The position numbers and the translations under genes are program-made. This document shows, piece by piece, positions 1-10,547 of a stretch of 64,000 bases of DNA; the stretch's first letter is position 1; each line of letters opens with the position of its first letter. The notes below the pieces were generated by a model, which had not been told where the DNA came from, made no database searches, and worked only from the letters and a program-made list of their open reading frames with translations. The stretch comes from an uncultured Candidatus Saccharibacteria bacterium (lineage in GTDB: Bacteria > Patescibacteriota > Saccharimonadia > Saccharimonadales > Saccharimonadaceae). The stretch is from the NCBI GenBank assembly GCA_946560015.1, contig CAMNUC010000001.1, positions 10,570-74,569 on the forward strand, read 5' to 3'.

Positions 1-1
1 G

Positions 2-196
2 AATAAGAAATGCCTCATTGATGTCAATATGTTTTTTGATGGTATTGGTCGGCGATGTGGTATCAGTATGCTTTTCGATGGCGCCTGCTGGCAACAATAT
101 GGTGCTAGACTTGAGGAGCAGCATAATCATGATGAAGGTGTAGGTCAAGATGATCTTTGTGGCAAAGGTGTGGACAGGGATACGAAGTTTTTTCAA
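2..196 (-). CDS. 5' part of a probable secreted or membrane protein running off the window edge
   Basis: AAAGGAG then TTG at 196; MKKLRIPVHTFATKIILTYTFIMIMLLLK resembles a signal peptide; frame open to the window edge. Confidence 0.55.
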   Translation of the reverse strand, partial: MKKLRIPVHTFATKIILTYTFIMIMLLLKSSTILLPAGAIEKHTDTTSPTNTIKKHIDINEAFLI

Positions 197-351
197 TGTT
201 TCTCTCCTTTTTGCGAGCGGGATCAATCACTACTTTTTAAGGTGCGACATCACCGAGGAGTGGGTAACTTTGTGGTGATGCTAGGCGAAACCCCTATCTT
301 TTTATTGTGGCATGGATTGTTATATGTGTCAAGTTATGGTATGATAAAAGT

Positions 352-3300
352 ATGAAGTATAAAGCAGGTAGTCGACGGCGTGCAGCAGAATATGAAAAAG
401 CGCTAGTTGAGTGGTGGAAGAAAAATAAGACTTTTGAAAAATCGGTAGAGCAGAGGCCGATTGATGATTCGTATGTATTTTATGATGGGCCACCGTTCAT
501 TACTGGAATGCCACATCACGGAACGCTTCTGAGTTCGATTGTGAAGGATGCGGTACCGCGGTATTGGACAATGCGTGGCAAGCGCGTAGAACGGCGCTGG
601 GGTTGGGACTGTCATGGTTTGCCGGCAGAGAATTTCGTAGAGAAGCAGCTAGAGATTACGGATCGGCGGGAGATTGGCACGAAATGGTCGCTGGAGGATT
701 ATATTCTGAAGGCGCGTGAGTCGATGGTGGCGAATTCGGAGACTTGGGAGGGGACGATTGATCGGATTGGGCGTTGGGTGGATTTTAAGGGGGCGTACCG
801 GACGATGGACAAGAATTTTATGGAGAGTGTGTGGTGGGCATTCAAAACTCTTTATGAGGCGGGGAAGATTTATGAGGGGGCGAAGGTGTTGATGTATGAC
901 ACGAAGTTTGCGACGCCGGTGTCGAAGTCGGAAGTGACGATGGATAATGATGCGTATCAGACAGTGACGGACCCGAGTGCGTATGTGAAGTTTAAGCTGA
1001 AGCCTGGTCAGAAGTATGTAGATGATAAATACGAGACGAAAGATGCGGTTTATATGTTGGCGTGGACGACGACACCGTGGACGTTGGCGGGGAATATGGC
1101 GCTGGCAGTGAATCCGGAAATGGAATACGTAGCGTTGCGGATTGATGGTGAACATAATCTGTACATTTTGGCGAAGAGTCAGTACCAAAAGGTTTTTGAT
1201 GGGCATGAGGTTGAAATTGTTCATGATGATATTATGGGGAAGGACTTGGTGGGGCTTTCGTATGAGTCGCTGTTTTTGGGGACGCCAGAACAGAAATTGA
1301 TTGATTGGAAGAGTTTTACGAAGAATTATTATCCGGCGCGGGAAGAAAATGCGCACCGGGTTTATGCGGCGGACTTTGTGTCGGATGGCGATGGAACTGG
1401 GGTAGTGCATATTGCGCCGGCTTATGGTGAGGATGATTATGCTCTTGGACGTAAGAATCAGGTGCCGTGCGTGGACGTTTTGGACGAATATGGGTGCTAT
1501 CTCCCGGGAGCAGATGAAGGTTTGAAGGTGGCAGGGGTGCGGCCGAACGAGCAAGGGCAGATCCAGATTTGGGAGGCAAATAAATTTATTGCGAAATGTT
1601 TGGAAGAGGCGGGGCCTATTGAGAAAATCGAGTATATTCAGCACGAATATCCGTTCAACCCGCGTTCGAAACAGAGGATTATGTACCGGGCATTCCCGAG
1701 CTGGTTCTTTGATGTGCAGGGGCAGAAGCCACTGATGATTGCACAAAATGAGAATATTAATTGGTTCCCGGCGTATCTGAAACACGGGCGGTTTGAAAAG
1801 AACATTGAACAAGCGCCAGATTGGAATCTCTCGCGGGATCGGTTCTGGGCAACGGCGATGCCGGTATGGAAGGGTGATAAGGGCACCGTGAAAGTGGTGG
1901 GGAGCTACGCAGAGCTTGCGGAACTTTCGGGAGTGGAGCTGGAAGATTATCATCGGCCGTGGGTAGATGAGATTGAATTTGATATTGACGGCGAGCATTT
2001 TAAGCGAATAGAGAAGGTGTTGGATTGCTGGTTCGAGAGTGGTTCGATGCCGTTTGCACAGCTACATTATCCTTTTGAGAATAAGGAGAAATTTGAGCGG
2101 AATTATCCGGCGGATTTCATCGTGGAATATGTGGGGCAGGTGCGAGCGTGGTTTTACTATGTGCATTGTGTGAATACTGCCTTGGCGGAAGTAGGGGGCT
2201 TTGGTGAAGCAGCTAAGAAACGGGCAGAGAAGAATGCCTTCAAGAATGTGATTACGACGGGAACATTAGCCGGGAATGATGGGCGAAAAATGTCGAAATC
2301 GCTGGGGAACTATACAGATCCGAATGTATTGATGGACCAATATTCGGCGGATGCGCTGCGGTTTTTGCTGCTGTCAAGCCCGGTGCTTTCGGGTGAGGAT
2401 TTTGCGCTGACAGATAAGGATGTGAGCGATGTGAATCGGAAGCTGGCAATGGTGTGGAATGTGTTTGATTTCTTTACGACGTATGCTAGTGTGGATAACT
2501 GGGAGCTTGATTTGGGAGCGCAATATTCGCTGTCTTCGGAGTCGGTGGCACTCTCCTCATCTAAAGAATCGGACCCGCGCCAGCCGGGAAATACTCCTCA
2601 GGCAGCAAATATTGCGCTTCCGATCAGCAATCCTCTAGATAGGTGGATTATTAGTCGGTTGCATGAACTGAAGAGTGAGATTACTGCGGGGATGGAAGAG
2701 TATGACATTCCGAAGGCGCTTGCAGGGGTGTTGCCGTTTGTTGACGATTTGTCGAACTGGTTCGTCAGGCGTTCGCGTCGGCGCTTTTGGAAGTCGGAAG
2801 ATGATGCAGACAAAAATGAGGCTTACTGGACGCTCTATATGATATTGACTAAGCTTGCAGTGATATTGGCGCCGTTTACGCCGTTTTTGGCGGAGGAGCT
2901 GTATCAGCAGATGACTGGGAGTGGGGAGAGTGTGCATTTGCTGGATTATCCGACAGATACAGAGGTAGATCAGGAAGTGCTGGATCAGATGACGGCGGTG
3001 CGCAAGGTGATTGCCGAAGGTTTGGCGCTGCGCATGTATAAGAGCGATAGCGAAGAGCAGATTAAGGTGCGACAGCCGTTGGCGAAGTATGTCTATGTTG
3101 GTGAGAAATTGCCGGAATGGGCAGAAGAGATTGTCAAGGAAGAAGTAAATGTAAAATCTGTGGAACAGGGGGAGACGGCTTGGCTGGATAAGAATATTAC
3201 AAAAGAGCTAGCCGAGGAAGGTTTCGTACGGGAACTTATTCGGGCGGTACAGAGTGCACGCAAGAAGGCGGGGTTGCAGGTGGATGATAGAATCCGGCTG

Positions 3301-3450
3301 AGCGTGAGCTGCGAAGTGCCTTCGGAATGGACTGCGACGCTGAAGGCGGAAGTCTTAGCATTGGAACTGGCGCAGAATGAGAATTATACGTATGATGAGA
3401 TAGCGAAGGTGGGCGGGGAGAATGTGACAATTTCTCTTGAGAAGATGTAG
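352..3450 (+). CDS. ileS: Isoleucine--tRNA ligase (IleRS2-like)
   Basis: FYDGPPF..G.PHHG, GWDCHGLP, WTTTPWTL, GTGVVHIAP, WNLSR, KMSKS motifs; ATG 352 preferred over the track start at 307. Confidence 0.97.
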   Translation: MKYKAGSRRRAAEYEKALVEWWKKNKTFEKSVEQRPIDDSYVFYDGPPFITGMPHHGTLLSSIVKDAVPRYWTMRGKRVERRWGWDCHGLPAENFVEKQLEITDRREIGTKWSLEDYILKARESMVANSETWEGTIDRIGRWVDFKGAYRTMDKNFMESVWWAFKTLYEAGKIYEGAKVLMYDTKFATPVSKSEVTMDNDAYQTVTDPSAYVKFKLKPGQKYVDDKYETKDAVYMLAWTTTPWTLAGNMALAVNPEMEYVALRIDGEHNLYILAKSQYQKVFDGHEVEIVHDDIMGKDLVGLSYESLFLGTPEQKLIDWKSFTKNYYPAREENAHRVYAADFVSDGDGTGVVHIAPAYGEDDYALGRKNQVPCVDVLDEYGCYLPGADEGLKVAGVRPNEQGQIQIWEANKFIAKCLEEAGPIEKIEYIQHEYPFNPRSKQRIMYRAFPSWFFDVQGQKPLMIAQNENINWFPAYLKHGRFEKNIEQAPDWNLSRDRFWATAMPVWKGDKGTVKVVGSYAELAELSGVELEDYHRPWVDEIEFDIDGEHFKRIEKVLDCWFESGSMPFAQLHYPFENKEKFERNYPADFIVEYVGQVRAWFYYVHCVNTALAEVGGFGEAAKKRAEKNAFKNVITTGTLAGNDGRKMSKSLGNYTDPNVLMDQYSADALRFLLLSSPVLSGEDFALTDKDVSDVNRKLAMVWNVFDFFTTYASVDNWELDLGAQYSLSSESVALSSSKESDPRQPGNTPQAANIALPISNPLDRWIISRLHELKSEITAGMEEYDIPKALAGVLPFVDDLSNWFVRRSRRRFWKSEDDADKNEAYWTLYMILTKLAVILAPFTPFLAEELYQQMTGSGESVHLLDYPTDTEVDQEVLDQMTAVRKVIAEGLALRMYKSDSEEQIKVRQPLAKYVYVGEKLPEWAEEIVKEEVNVKSVEQGETAWLDKNITKELAEEGFVRELIRAVQSARKKAGLQVDDRIRLSVSCEVPSEWTATLKAEVLALELAQNENYTYDEIAKVGGENVTISLEKM
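2514..2621. repeat. 108-bp palindromic in-frame insertion inside ileS
   Basis: Ends gggagcgcaatattcgctgtct and aggcagcaaatattgcgcttcc are 19/22 complementary; internal stems; encodes a 36-aa S/P-rich loop. Confidence 0.7.
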
Positions 3451-3853
3451 CTTTGCGCCTTGGCAACATTTGACTTAGAGAGCATGTGAACTTCATAACA
3501 GCTCGCTGCGGCGGGCTGTTTTTGTGTGTTATGTCTTGGGTGGGGATTTAGGGTTGGACTTTGAGTGGAACTTGGCGGCAGGGGCGTTTGAAGTGCATTG
3601 GAAGTGAAGACTTTCTGATACGCAAAAACAGAGGTGGAAAAGCAGAAAATTGCAAAAAGTACAAGAATTAAGCATAAAAAGTATTGACTTTTTGAACGAT
3701 GTGTGCTAATATGAAGATAGTTAGATAACAAACAAACACATCTAACAAACAATAATACAAAATAATCGTAGTAAAAGTAAAACTACACAAAAAAGCAGAG
3801 AAATTGTAAAAGTGTGCAATTTCTAACAAAAAACCAAAAAAGGAATAACACAA

Positions 3854-4159
3854 ATGCGTAATATAGAAACCATTAATACGAAAGGGGAAACCAATGTAAA
3901 AACTGAGACCAACTCCGATGTGTCCGGAGAAAAGATTTTCAATTCTGCGAAGGCGGACGTGATTCGAGATGAAAGTAAATGGGATGCCTTCCAGTTAATG
4001 GGCGACACCAATAGTGAGGAACAGAATCATATTGCAACGCCGCCAAAAGATTATATTGAGACTAGCCGTGCTAGCCAAGAACGGAAAAAGTTCATAAATG
4101 AACGTTTACGCAGGCTTGGTGGTAAGGTAACGGCAGTGTATAATTATTCCTTGCGATAA
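3854..4159 (+). CDS. Hypothetical protein
   Basis: AAGGA RBS, upstream TTGACT..TAATAT promoter and A/C-rich leader. Confidence 0.65.
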   Translation: MRNIETINTKGETNVKTETNSDVSGEKIFNSAKADVIRDESKWDAFQLMGDTNSEEQNHIATPPKDYIETSRASQERKKFINERLRRLGGKVTAVYNYSLR

Positions 4160-4302
4160 GCTTGAGAATTAGAAACATGTAAGACTAGACAAAGGAGCGG
4201 TATATAAGATAGAGATTTGAAACAAATATAGATGACGTTGGTGACTTTATATTGTGACTGGCGTATCAAAAACGAATGGAGAAATTATAAGATAGATGTG
4301 TG

Positions 4303-4328
4303 AAAACCGAACGGAAGTTCGGTTTTTG
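4303..4328 (+). terminator. Intrinsic terminator
   Basis: aaaaccgaac-ggaa-gttcggttttt hairpin plus T tract. Confidence 0.75.
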
Positions 4329-4423
4329 CGTGTGGGGTATACAGTTGAAAGATTACCATGAAGGGTTTGCATTTTTATGATGCTCGTGGTAAACTGAAGA
4401 AAAGTCATGTAGAAAGGTAGGCA

Positions 4424-4792
4424 ATGCCAGAAAATAAATACACCAGTGAAGAAGTCTTGGCGACTTTCTTGGACCAGCTGATTGTTGAGAAAAATGGGGA
4501 AGAGATGGACTTCAAGAAACGGAGCGCCATACGACGAGAACTGCGAGAGAAGCTTGAGGTGGAGATTGATGGGGCGCTGGTGGATGCATTGACAGACGAG
4601 CAGGCTGTGGAGTTGGAGAAGAGAATGAACGACAACATGACAGAAGATGAGTTGAGTGAGTTCCTAGAAAATACTGGCGTGGATTATGAGGCGGCAGTAT
4701 TGAGAGCGTTGGATAAGATTCGAGAAGAGTATTTGAGGGGGGCGGGAGATTTGAGTATGACGGAAGGAGTAGAAAATGGCAGAGAAGCTTAA
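4424..4792 (+). CDS. Acidic helical hypothetical protein
   Basis: 122-aa ORF, GAAAGG RBS, overlaps next gene. Confidence 0.75.
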   Translation: MPENKYTSEEVLATFLDQLIVEKNGEEMDFKKRSAIRRELREKLEVEIDGALVDALTDEQAVELEKRMNDNMTEDELSEFLENTGVDYEAAVLRALDKIREEYLRGAGDLSMTEGVENGREA

Positions 4793-7457
4793 TGGCGGAC
4801 GAAGCGGGGCACCGAGTAAGGAATTATTGGATTATTTGGGGAATTACCGGGCGTCGCGGTGGGATGCGCTAGACTCGAAGCAGGGGGCGGTGAACGAAGC
4901 GACAAGTGAGAGTTGGCTGGAACGACATTCTCCTGAAGAAGCGAGGATAATGCAGCGTGAATTGGGGGATAGGGTGATTGATGTGGTGGAGATGCCTCCA
5001 AAGCCGACAGTGACGGAGGAGGTGGAGAAGCCTGAGTTGCCAGAAGAGCCAGAACCAGCGACGCCAGAGATGGCGGAGTTATCGGTAGTGACGGGTTCTG
5101 GATCGGAAGAGGAGAAACGGAGTAGAGTGGAGACACCTACTGTTTGGCATGACGTAGTAGATCCTGGAGTAGAATCAAGTACAGAAAGCAATCCTGCTAA
5201 TTTTGAGGAAAAGGAAGTAGAACAGGCGATGGTACGTGATGCGGCGTTACAGATGGAGCGTTTTACTATCGCAGGTATGGAAGAAGATCTGCGGCAAAAT
5301 ATAGGCGAGCAAGCAGCAGGTGGGAGTATTGATGATTTGAATCCACCTGTGGAAGGGGACCCAGTGGCAAAGCAGCTAGCAGCGGACTGGGAAGATGCTC
5401 GGCGCTTGAACAAAGCCACTTTAGAGCGCGGTGAAGAAATCGACCTAGACAATGATGCTATGAAGGGTATGTATCTAAAGGAACGGGCGGCGTTGATGGC
5501 GCAGGGGATGGGGCGCATGCAGGCGGATATTACGCTGATGCGCAAGCGCAAATTAACAGCAGACGAGATAAAAGAATTCAACCGCGATGTAGAAGATGAA
5601 AGTGATGAGAAGTATTACATTGAGTTGTCTGACCAAATATTGACGGATCATCGGGAGGCGGAGAAATTAGCAGAGGAGCAGGAGCGAGAACGGCGGGAAT
5701 TGATTTTGCAGATGGCGGATGATGCGGCGGAGCGCTCGAAGGCTATTCAGGAAGAGATGTCGAGAGCACAAGCGGAAGTGATGGCGGAGGCTGCTAAAAC
5801 GGGCGTGACGAACGAGGTTGAAGCTAGCACACCGGAAGTAGAGCGGGCACGAGCTGAGCTGAAGAAGAGTTTGCCGGCGCGTGAGAGATTCCAGAGGTTT
5901 AAGCGCAGAGCAATGGCAAGCGTAGCAGCGTTGCTGGTGACGTTTGGAATGGTGAGTAGTGCGTCGGCGCCAGCAACGGCGGCGGAGGCAGATACCTCTT
6001 CGAATACCGCAGTGGTTGAGGCGACTGAGGTGCAACGCGCGTTGTTGGACAAGATGCAAGGTCAGCTGCAGCAGATGCAAGAGAAGGTTCAGGAAACGGT
6101 AGAAAAGATTGAGCAACTAGATGAAGGGGTGTCTCTGTTGCCAAATGGCTTGCGACAGGATTTGCGTGAGCGGTTAGGCATGAACAAGGAGAATATTTAT
6201 CATTTTGGTGATAGCATCGCGGAGAAGGTAGACGGTAATCCGGAAGCGGCAGTGGAGGAGAGTTTACGTTTGATTAGGAACTCGCCAGCAGTATTGGTGA
6301 CTTTTGCGGTGGATCACCCAGAGATTTTGGAGAAGAATGGTTTGCCACGTGATATGAGTGAACAAGAGCTACTTAATGTGCTGTACAATAGCGAAACTGG
6401 TGGACGGTTGCAGCAGGATTTGATCCAAGACCTAGAAAATACTTTGCGTGACGAGAATACGCAGGTGACTTTCCGTAGGGGTGATGGGCGTAGTAGGTTT
6501 AATACGAACTATGCCTACGAGCGTAACTTTGTGGATGGTAATGGGAACCAGATGTATGACTCCAACGGGGATGCAGCGATTAGGCAGTATGTGAATTACA
6601 ACAGCAGGTCGGTGACGCGTGATGGTGATAGCGTCTTAGTGACGTTTAATACTGCGCTATATGATAAGGACGGCAATATTATTGGTTATGATACGGATGA
6701 GTATCATGCGAACTGCGGTATGCAGGCAAATGATAAAGTGACTACGAAGAGTATTATTCCGGAGACACCGGTAGTAGAACTAGAGGAGCCAGAAAAGCCT
6801 AAAACGCCTGAAACACCTAAGACTCCAGAAACACCCAAGACGCCAGAAACGCCTAAAACTCCTGAAACACCTAAGACTCCAGAAACTCCTAAAACCCCTG
6901 AAACACCTAAGACTCCAGAAACACCTAAAACTCCTGAGACTCCTAAAACTCCAGAAACTCCGAAGCCAGAAGACCCACCAGTGGTAGTTATTCCAACGCC
7001 AGAGGAGCCAATTCGACCTGGAACTCCAGAAAAGCCGAAGCCAGAAGAACCACCAGTGGTAGTTATCCCAACGCCAGAGGAGCCAGAAAAGCCGAAGCCA
7101 GAAGAACCACCAGCGGTGGCGCCAAAAGATGAAGAGAACCAACAAGAAGTAGTGAATAATGGTGGGCAAACGAATCCTGTGGAGCCGACTACTGATTTGG
7201 AAGCGGAAGGTAATCGAGTGACGGAACAGCCAGAAGTGATTCCGCCGGGGAATGCTGATGAAAAGAGAGATGAGATGATACCTAATCCTGCTGCTTCTGC
7301 TGAGGAGCAACAAGAAGCACATAAGGAACAGGAAGAGGCTGATGCAACGGAGATTTTACCGAATGAGAACGGCGAGAATGAGGCCTTGGATGATCAGGCT
7401 TATGAGGATTACATTGATAGCTTACTAGATCAGTTAGGCGATAGTGATATCGGATAG
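4776..7457 (+). CDS. Large acidic membrane-anchored or surface protein with Pro/Thr repeats
   Basis: 893 aa; internal KRR+hydrophobic segment (RRAMASVAALLVTFGMVSSASAPATA); (PKTPET)9 stalk. Confidence 0.85.
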   Translation: MAEKLNGGRSGAPSKELLDYLGNYRASRWDALDSKQGAVNEATSESWLERHSPEEARIMQRELGDRVIDVVEMPPKPTVTEEVEKPELPEEPEPATPEMAELSVVTGSGSEEEKRSRVETPTVWHDVVDPGVESSTESNPANFEEKEVEQAMVRDAALQMERFTIAGMEEDLRQNIGEQAAGGSIDDLNPPVEGDPVAKQLAADWEDARRLNKATLERGEEIDLDNDAMKGMYLKERAALMAQGMGRMQADITLMRKRKLTADEIKEFNRDVEDESDEKYYIELSDQILTDHREAEKLAEEQERERRELILQMADDAAERSKAIQEEMSRAQAEVMAEAAKTGVTNEVEASTPEVERARAELKKSLPARERFQRFKRRAMASVAALLVTFGMVSSASAPATAAEADTSSNTAVVEATEVQRALLDKMQGQLQQMQEKVQETVEKIEQLDEGVSLLPNGLRQDLRERLGMNKENIYHFGDSIAEKVDGNPEAAVEESLRLIRNSPAVLVTFAVDHPEILEKNGLPRDMSEQELLNVLYNSETGGRLQQDLIQDLENTLRDENTQVTFRRGDGRSRFNTNYAYERNFVDGNGNQMYDSNGDAAIRQYVNYNSRSVTRDGDSVLVTFNTALYDKDGNIIGYDTDEYHANCGMQANDKVTTKSIIPETPVVELEEPEKPKTPETPKTPETPKTPETPKTPETPKTPETPKTPETPKTPETPKTPETPKTPETPKPEDPPVVVIPTPEEPIRPGTPEKPKPEEPPVVVIPTPEEPEKPKPEEPPAVAPKDEENQQEVVNNGGQTNPVEPTTDLEAEGNRVTEQPEVIPPGNADEKRDEMIPNPAASAEEQQEAHKEQEEADATEILPNENGENEALDDQAYEDYIDSLLDQLGDSDIG
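6798..6959 (+). repeat. Coding tandem repeat, 9 x 18 bp (PKTPET)
   Basis: Nine degenerate 18-nt units differing only at synonymous positions. Confidence 0.95.
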
Positions 7458-7487
7458 GTAATCTATAAAAACAAAAAGGAGAAAAAT

Positions 7488-8345
7488 ATGAGAAGAAAAA
7501 TGATGATGAGTTTGGCGGGAGCGGTGAGCTTAATAGCGCCGTTGGTGTTGACGTCGGCGACCTTTGCTTGGGGGCCGGAGCGGCCTACTTACACTAATGA
7601 GCATCCGGCGGATCATGCGGTGTTTAACTCAATTACAAATAACGCGGCGGTTGGAGATGAGCGGGATTTTGTACGGGTTGAGGAGAAAAATTCTGGGCGT
7701 CCGTATACAAGTGCGATTGAAGTAGAGGCAGGGAAACAGTATGAAGTATATATTTATTATCATAATGATGCTTCTAAAACGTACAATGATAGCGCACATA
7801 ATAGAGTAGGTGTGGCTCGGGATGTACGTTTGGCGAGTAATTTCCCATCCAAATTGAGTGCTGGTGAGGAGGGGACGGTGCTAGGAAAGATCATGGCTAG
7901 CAATACCGATCCGAAGGAGGTTTGGGATGAGGCTTTTATCACGGCTAAGCAGGATATGACATTGCATTATGTAGAGGGTTCGGCGAGGATTTACAATAAT
8001 TATGCAGTGAATGGTTCGGTTTTGTCGACGAATTTGTTTAGTGATATGGGAACGTTCATCGGGTTAAGTGAACTTAATGGGGTGATTTTGGGTTGTGATG
8101 AGTATTCTGGTCAGATTGTATATACTATTCAGACGGTGGCGGCAGGTGAGCCGGTACCAGAGCCTACTCCAGATCCAGAGAAACCAATTGAGCCAGAGAT
8201 ACCAGATGAGCTCCCGACTACTGGTCCGGTAGAAATTGTATTAGCTATTGTGGTAGTAGGGTTGATTGTAGCGGGTGCAATTTATTGGAGTAAGACTCAA
8301 AAAGCGGTAAAACGTACTGCTAAAAAAGCAAAAGGTAAAAAGTAG
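7488..8345 (+). CDS. Secreted protein with LPXTG-type sorting signal
   Basis: N-terminal signal peptide; C-terminal LPTTG + hydrophobic helix + Lys-rich tail. Confidence 0.85.
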   Translation: MRRKMMMSLAGAVSLIAPLVLTSATFAWGPERPTYTNEHPADHAVFNSITNNAAVGDERDFVRVEEKNSGRPYTSAIEVEAGKQYEVYIYYHNDASKTYNDSAHNRVGVARDVRLASNFPSKLSAGEEGTVLGKIMASNTDPKEVWDEAFITAKQDMTLHYVEGSARIYNNYAVNGSVLSTNLFSDMGTFIGLSELNGVILGCDEYSGQIVYTIQTVAAGEPVPEPTPDPEKPIEPEIPDELPTTGPVEIVLAIVVVGLIVAGAIYWSKTQKAVKRTAKKAKGKK

Positions 8346-8490
8346 GTAAGAATTAGCTTGACAGGATAGCGCTTTATTGTAAGATAGGGCGCTATTTCTA
8401 TGGATGTTACTTAATTGATAGAAGTGGCGCTTGAAATATTAGCAGAAGTGTGCTAGAATGGTGGATAGTATAATAATTTAAGGGAAAATT

Positions 8491-8799
8491 ATGAAGAAAG
8501 CAGTTGTACTCATCGGCGGTAAGCAATATCTCGTCGAAGAGAAAGAGACCCTCCGGGTGGACCTCCTTCCGGCAGGAACCAAAGAGCTTGAAACTGGTGC
8601 TTTGCTTGTAATTGATGGCGACAAGGTTAGCGTTGGTACGCCAGAGGTTAAAGGTGTGAAAGTTTCAGCAAAAGTAGTGGACGAAAAAGTTGCTGGAGAG
8701 AAGATTCGCGTGATTCGCTACCATTCTAAGAAACGCGTCCACAAGGAAACTGGTCATCGCCAGAAATATTCGATGATTGAGGTCATTTCGATCAAGTAA
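8491..8799 (+). CDS. rplU: 50S ribosomal protein L21
   Basis: GGKQYLV, VGTP.V.G..V.A.V and GHRQ.Y motifs. Confidence 0.95.
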   Translation: MKKAVVLIGGKQYLVEEKETLRVDLLPAGTKELETGALLVIDGDKVSVGTPEVKGVKVSAKVVDEKVAGEKIRVIRYHSKKRVHKETGHRQKYSMIEVISIK

Positions 8800-8812
8800 A
8801 TTGTGCTTCGCG

Positions 8813-8843
8813 AAGAAATCTCCCTCATAGGGGGATTTCTTTT
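8813..8843 (+). terminator. Intrinsic terminator after rplU
   Basis: aagaaatctccc-tcata-gggggatttctttt. Confidence 0.8.
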
Positions 8844-8870
8844 GCTATGGGATGTGTTATACTGAAAGTA

Positions 8871-10469
8871 ATGAAAAAGTTTTTTGAGAAGTTACAGCAA
8901 TCGAAAGTCTTTTGGGTTGCGCTAATAATTGTTATTCAGACAATAGTTTATGTGGCAGCTGGTATAGGGAAGAATTACTTCCACATGGATGAAATGTACT
9001 CTTATGGTCTAGCAAATTACGACCAGGTGCAGATTTATGAGAAGGATGATTTTTATAATGAATGGCGCAATGCGGCGTATTATAAAGATTACATTGTAGT
9101 AAATGAGGATGAGAAGGGTGATTTCTCGGCGGTTTACAATAACCAGCGCGATGATGTACACCCGCCGCTGTACTATTTGTTGCTCCGAATTGGCATGGAG
9201 CTGACGCCGGGGGAGTTTTCAAAGTGGACTGGGATTGTAATTAATATCGTAGCGTTTGCAGTGAATACGATATTTTTGTTCCTGGTAGTAGATAAGCTAT
9301 TAGGTAAGGAGAAGTCACGCTTAACGAAGAGTTTTGTGTTAACATTGGCGGTGAGTCTTACAGTGGCGGCAATTAGCACGGTGATGTATACCCGTATGTA
9401 TGCGATGTTGACGATGTGGGTGACAATTACGATGTATTTGCACATGCGCTTATGGGAGAGCAAGAAGACGTCGCCGGGGCTGCTGGTGGCGCTGGGGTTG
9501 ACGGCGTTAATGGGCGTGTTGACGCAGTACTACTATTTGTTCTTTTTGGCGCCGCTGTTTGTAGTATTGGCAGTGAAGTATTGGAAGGCGAAGCGTTGGG
9601 CAGAGCTGCGTGCTTACGTGGGAACATTGGTGGGGGCAGCGGTAGTGTCGTTGATAATTTGGCCATATTCAATCCAGCATCTGTTCTTTGGGTATAGAGG
9701 GCAAGGGGCGATGGGGAATTTGCTGAATTTTGCAAATCTAGGAGCGCAAGTGGGGATCTTTGCGGGTATTCTGGTGCTGTATGATTTTCACTATATGTTG
9801 CCATTTTTGCTGATTGCGATGTTTGCGTTAGCAATTGTAGGGCTAAAGCGACGCAAAGCCTTGACTAATGATAAAGAACAAGATGACTATTATGGTATGA
9901 TGCTATGGCCGTCGCTATTCTTCTTTGTGGTAGTGTCGATTGCGTCGCCGTTTACGGACTTGCGTTATTTGGAGGCGATTTGTGGTTTAATGTTTGTGGT
10001 GGTGATCTATGGACTATATAAATTAGTGGGGATGTTTGCGCAAGAGAAGACAAGAAGTATTATTATGGCAGTGATTTTGGTAGTGATGGCGTTACTTCCA
10101 ATACCACTTAAAATTGAGCCAGATGTAGAATATTCTCGGTTTGCGGTGTTGAATGAATTTGTAGAGGAGCATAAAGAATTGCCACTGCTCTATATGTATA
10201 ATCCAGGGAACGAGAGGTTCTTGGACGATTTGCCAGTGTTTGCAGAGGTGGATGAATCGTATGTGATGCACCATCAAGATTACACGCCAGCAAATTTCCG
10301 GAAAGTGTTGGCTGGAAAGGATTTGGGTGGGGGACTGATGGTGTTTGCGAACTATGGTAATGAGAATGAGCATTATCTAAAAGTTTTGCGAGAGACGATG
10401 GGATTGGAACAACAGCAGCATATTTTTCACACTAATTCGGCGGATCTGTATTTACTGACTAAGAAATAG
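8871..10469 (+). CDS. Polytopic membrane protein, GT-C/PMT-like glycosyltransferase
   Basis: DE motif after first TM (HMDEMYSY), DVHPPLYY, RMY motif, many TM helices. Confidence 0.75.
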   Translation: MKKFFEKLQQSKVFWVALIIVIQTIVYVAAGIGKNYFHMDEMYSYGLANYDQVQIYEKDDFYNEWRNAAYYKDYIVVNEDEKGDFSAVYNNQRDDVHPPLYYLLLRIGMELTPGEFSKWTGIVINIVAFAVNTIFLFLVVDKLLGKEKSRLTKSFVLTLAVSLTVAAISTVMYTRMYAMLTMWVTITMYLHMRLWESKKTSPGLLVALGLTALMGVLTQYYYLFFLAPLFVVLAVKYWKAKRWAELRAYVGTLVGAAVVSLIIWPYSIQHLFFGYRGQGAMGNLLNFANLGAQVGIFAGILVLYDFHYMLPFLLIAMFALAIVGLKRRKALTNDKEQDDYYGMMLWPSLFFFVVVSIASPFTDLRYLEAICGLMFVVVIYGLYKLVGMFAQEKTRSIIMAVILVVMALLPIPLKIEPDVEYSRFAVLNEFVEEHKELPLLYMYNPGNERFLDDLPVFAEVDESYVMHHQDYTPANFRKVLAGKDLGGGLMVFANYGNENEHYLKVLRETMGLEQQQHIFHTNSADLYLLTKK

Positions 10470-10547
10470 TACTTTGGCGTGGGTTTATTATACAAAGTGG
10501 GGAAATAGGTGGATGGGAATAGAATATATGCTATAATGGTAATAGTT

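Noticed and set aside
200-351. T-box riboswitch upstream of ileS
   Set aside because: No T-box consensus, and the -10 box lies directly before the ATG.
6798-6959. CRISPR array
   Set aside because: Contiguous 18-bp coding repeats with synonymous variation, no spacers and no cas genes.
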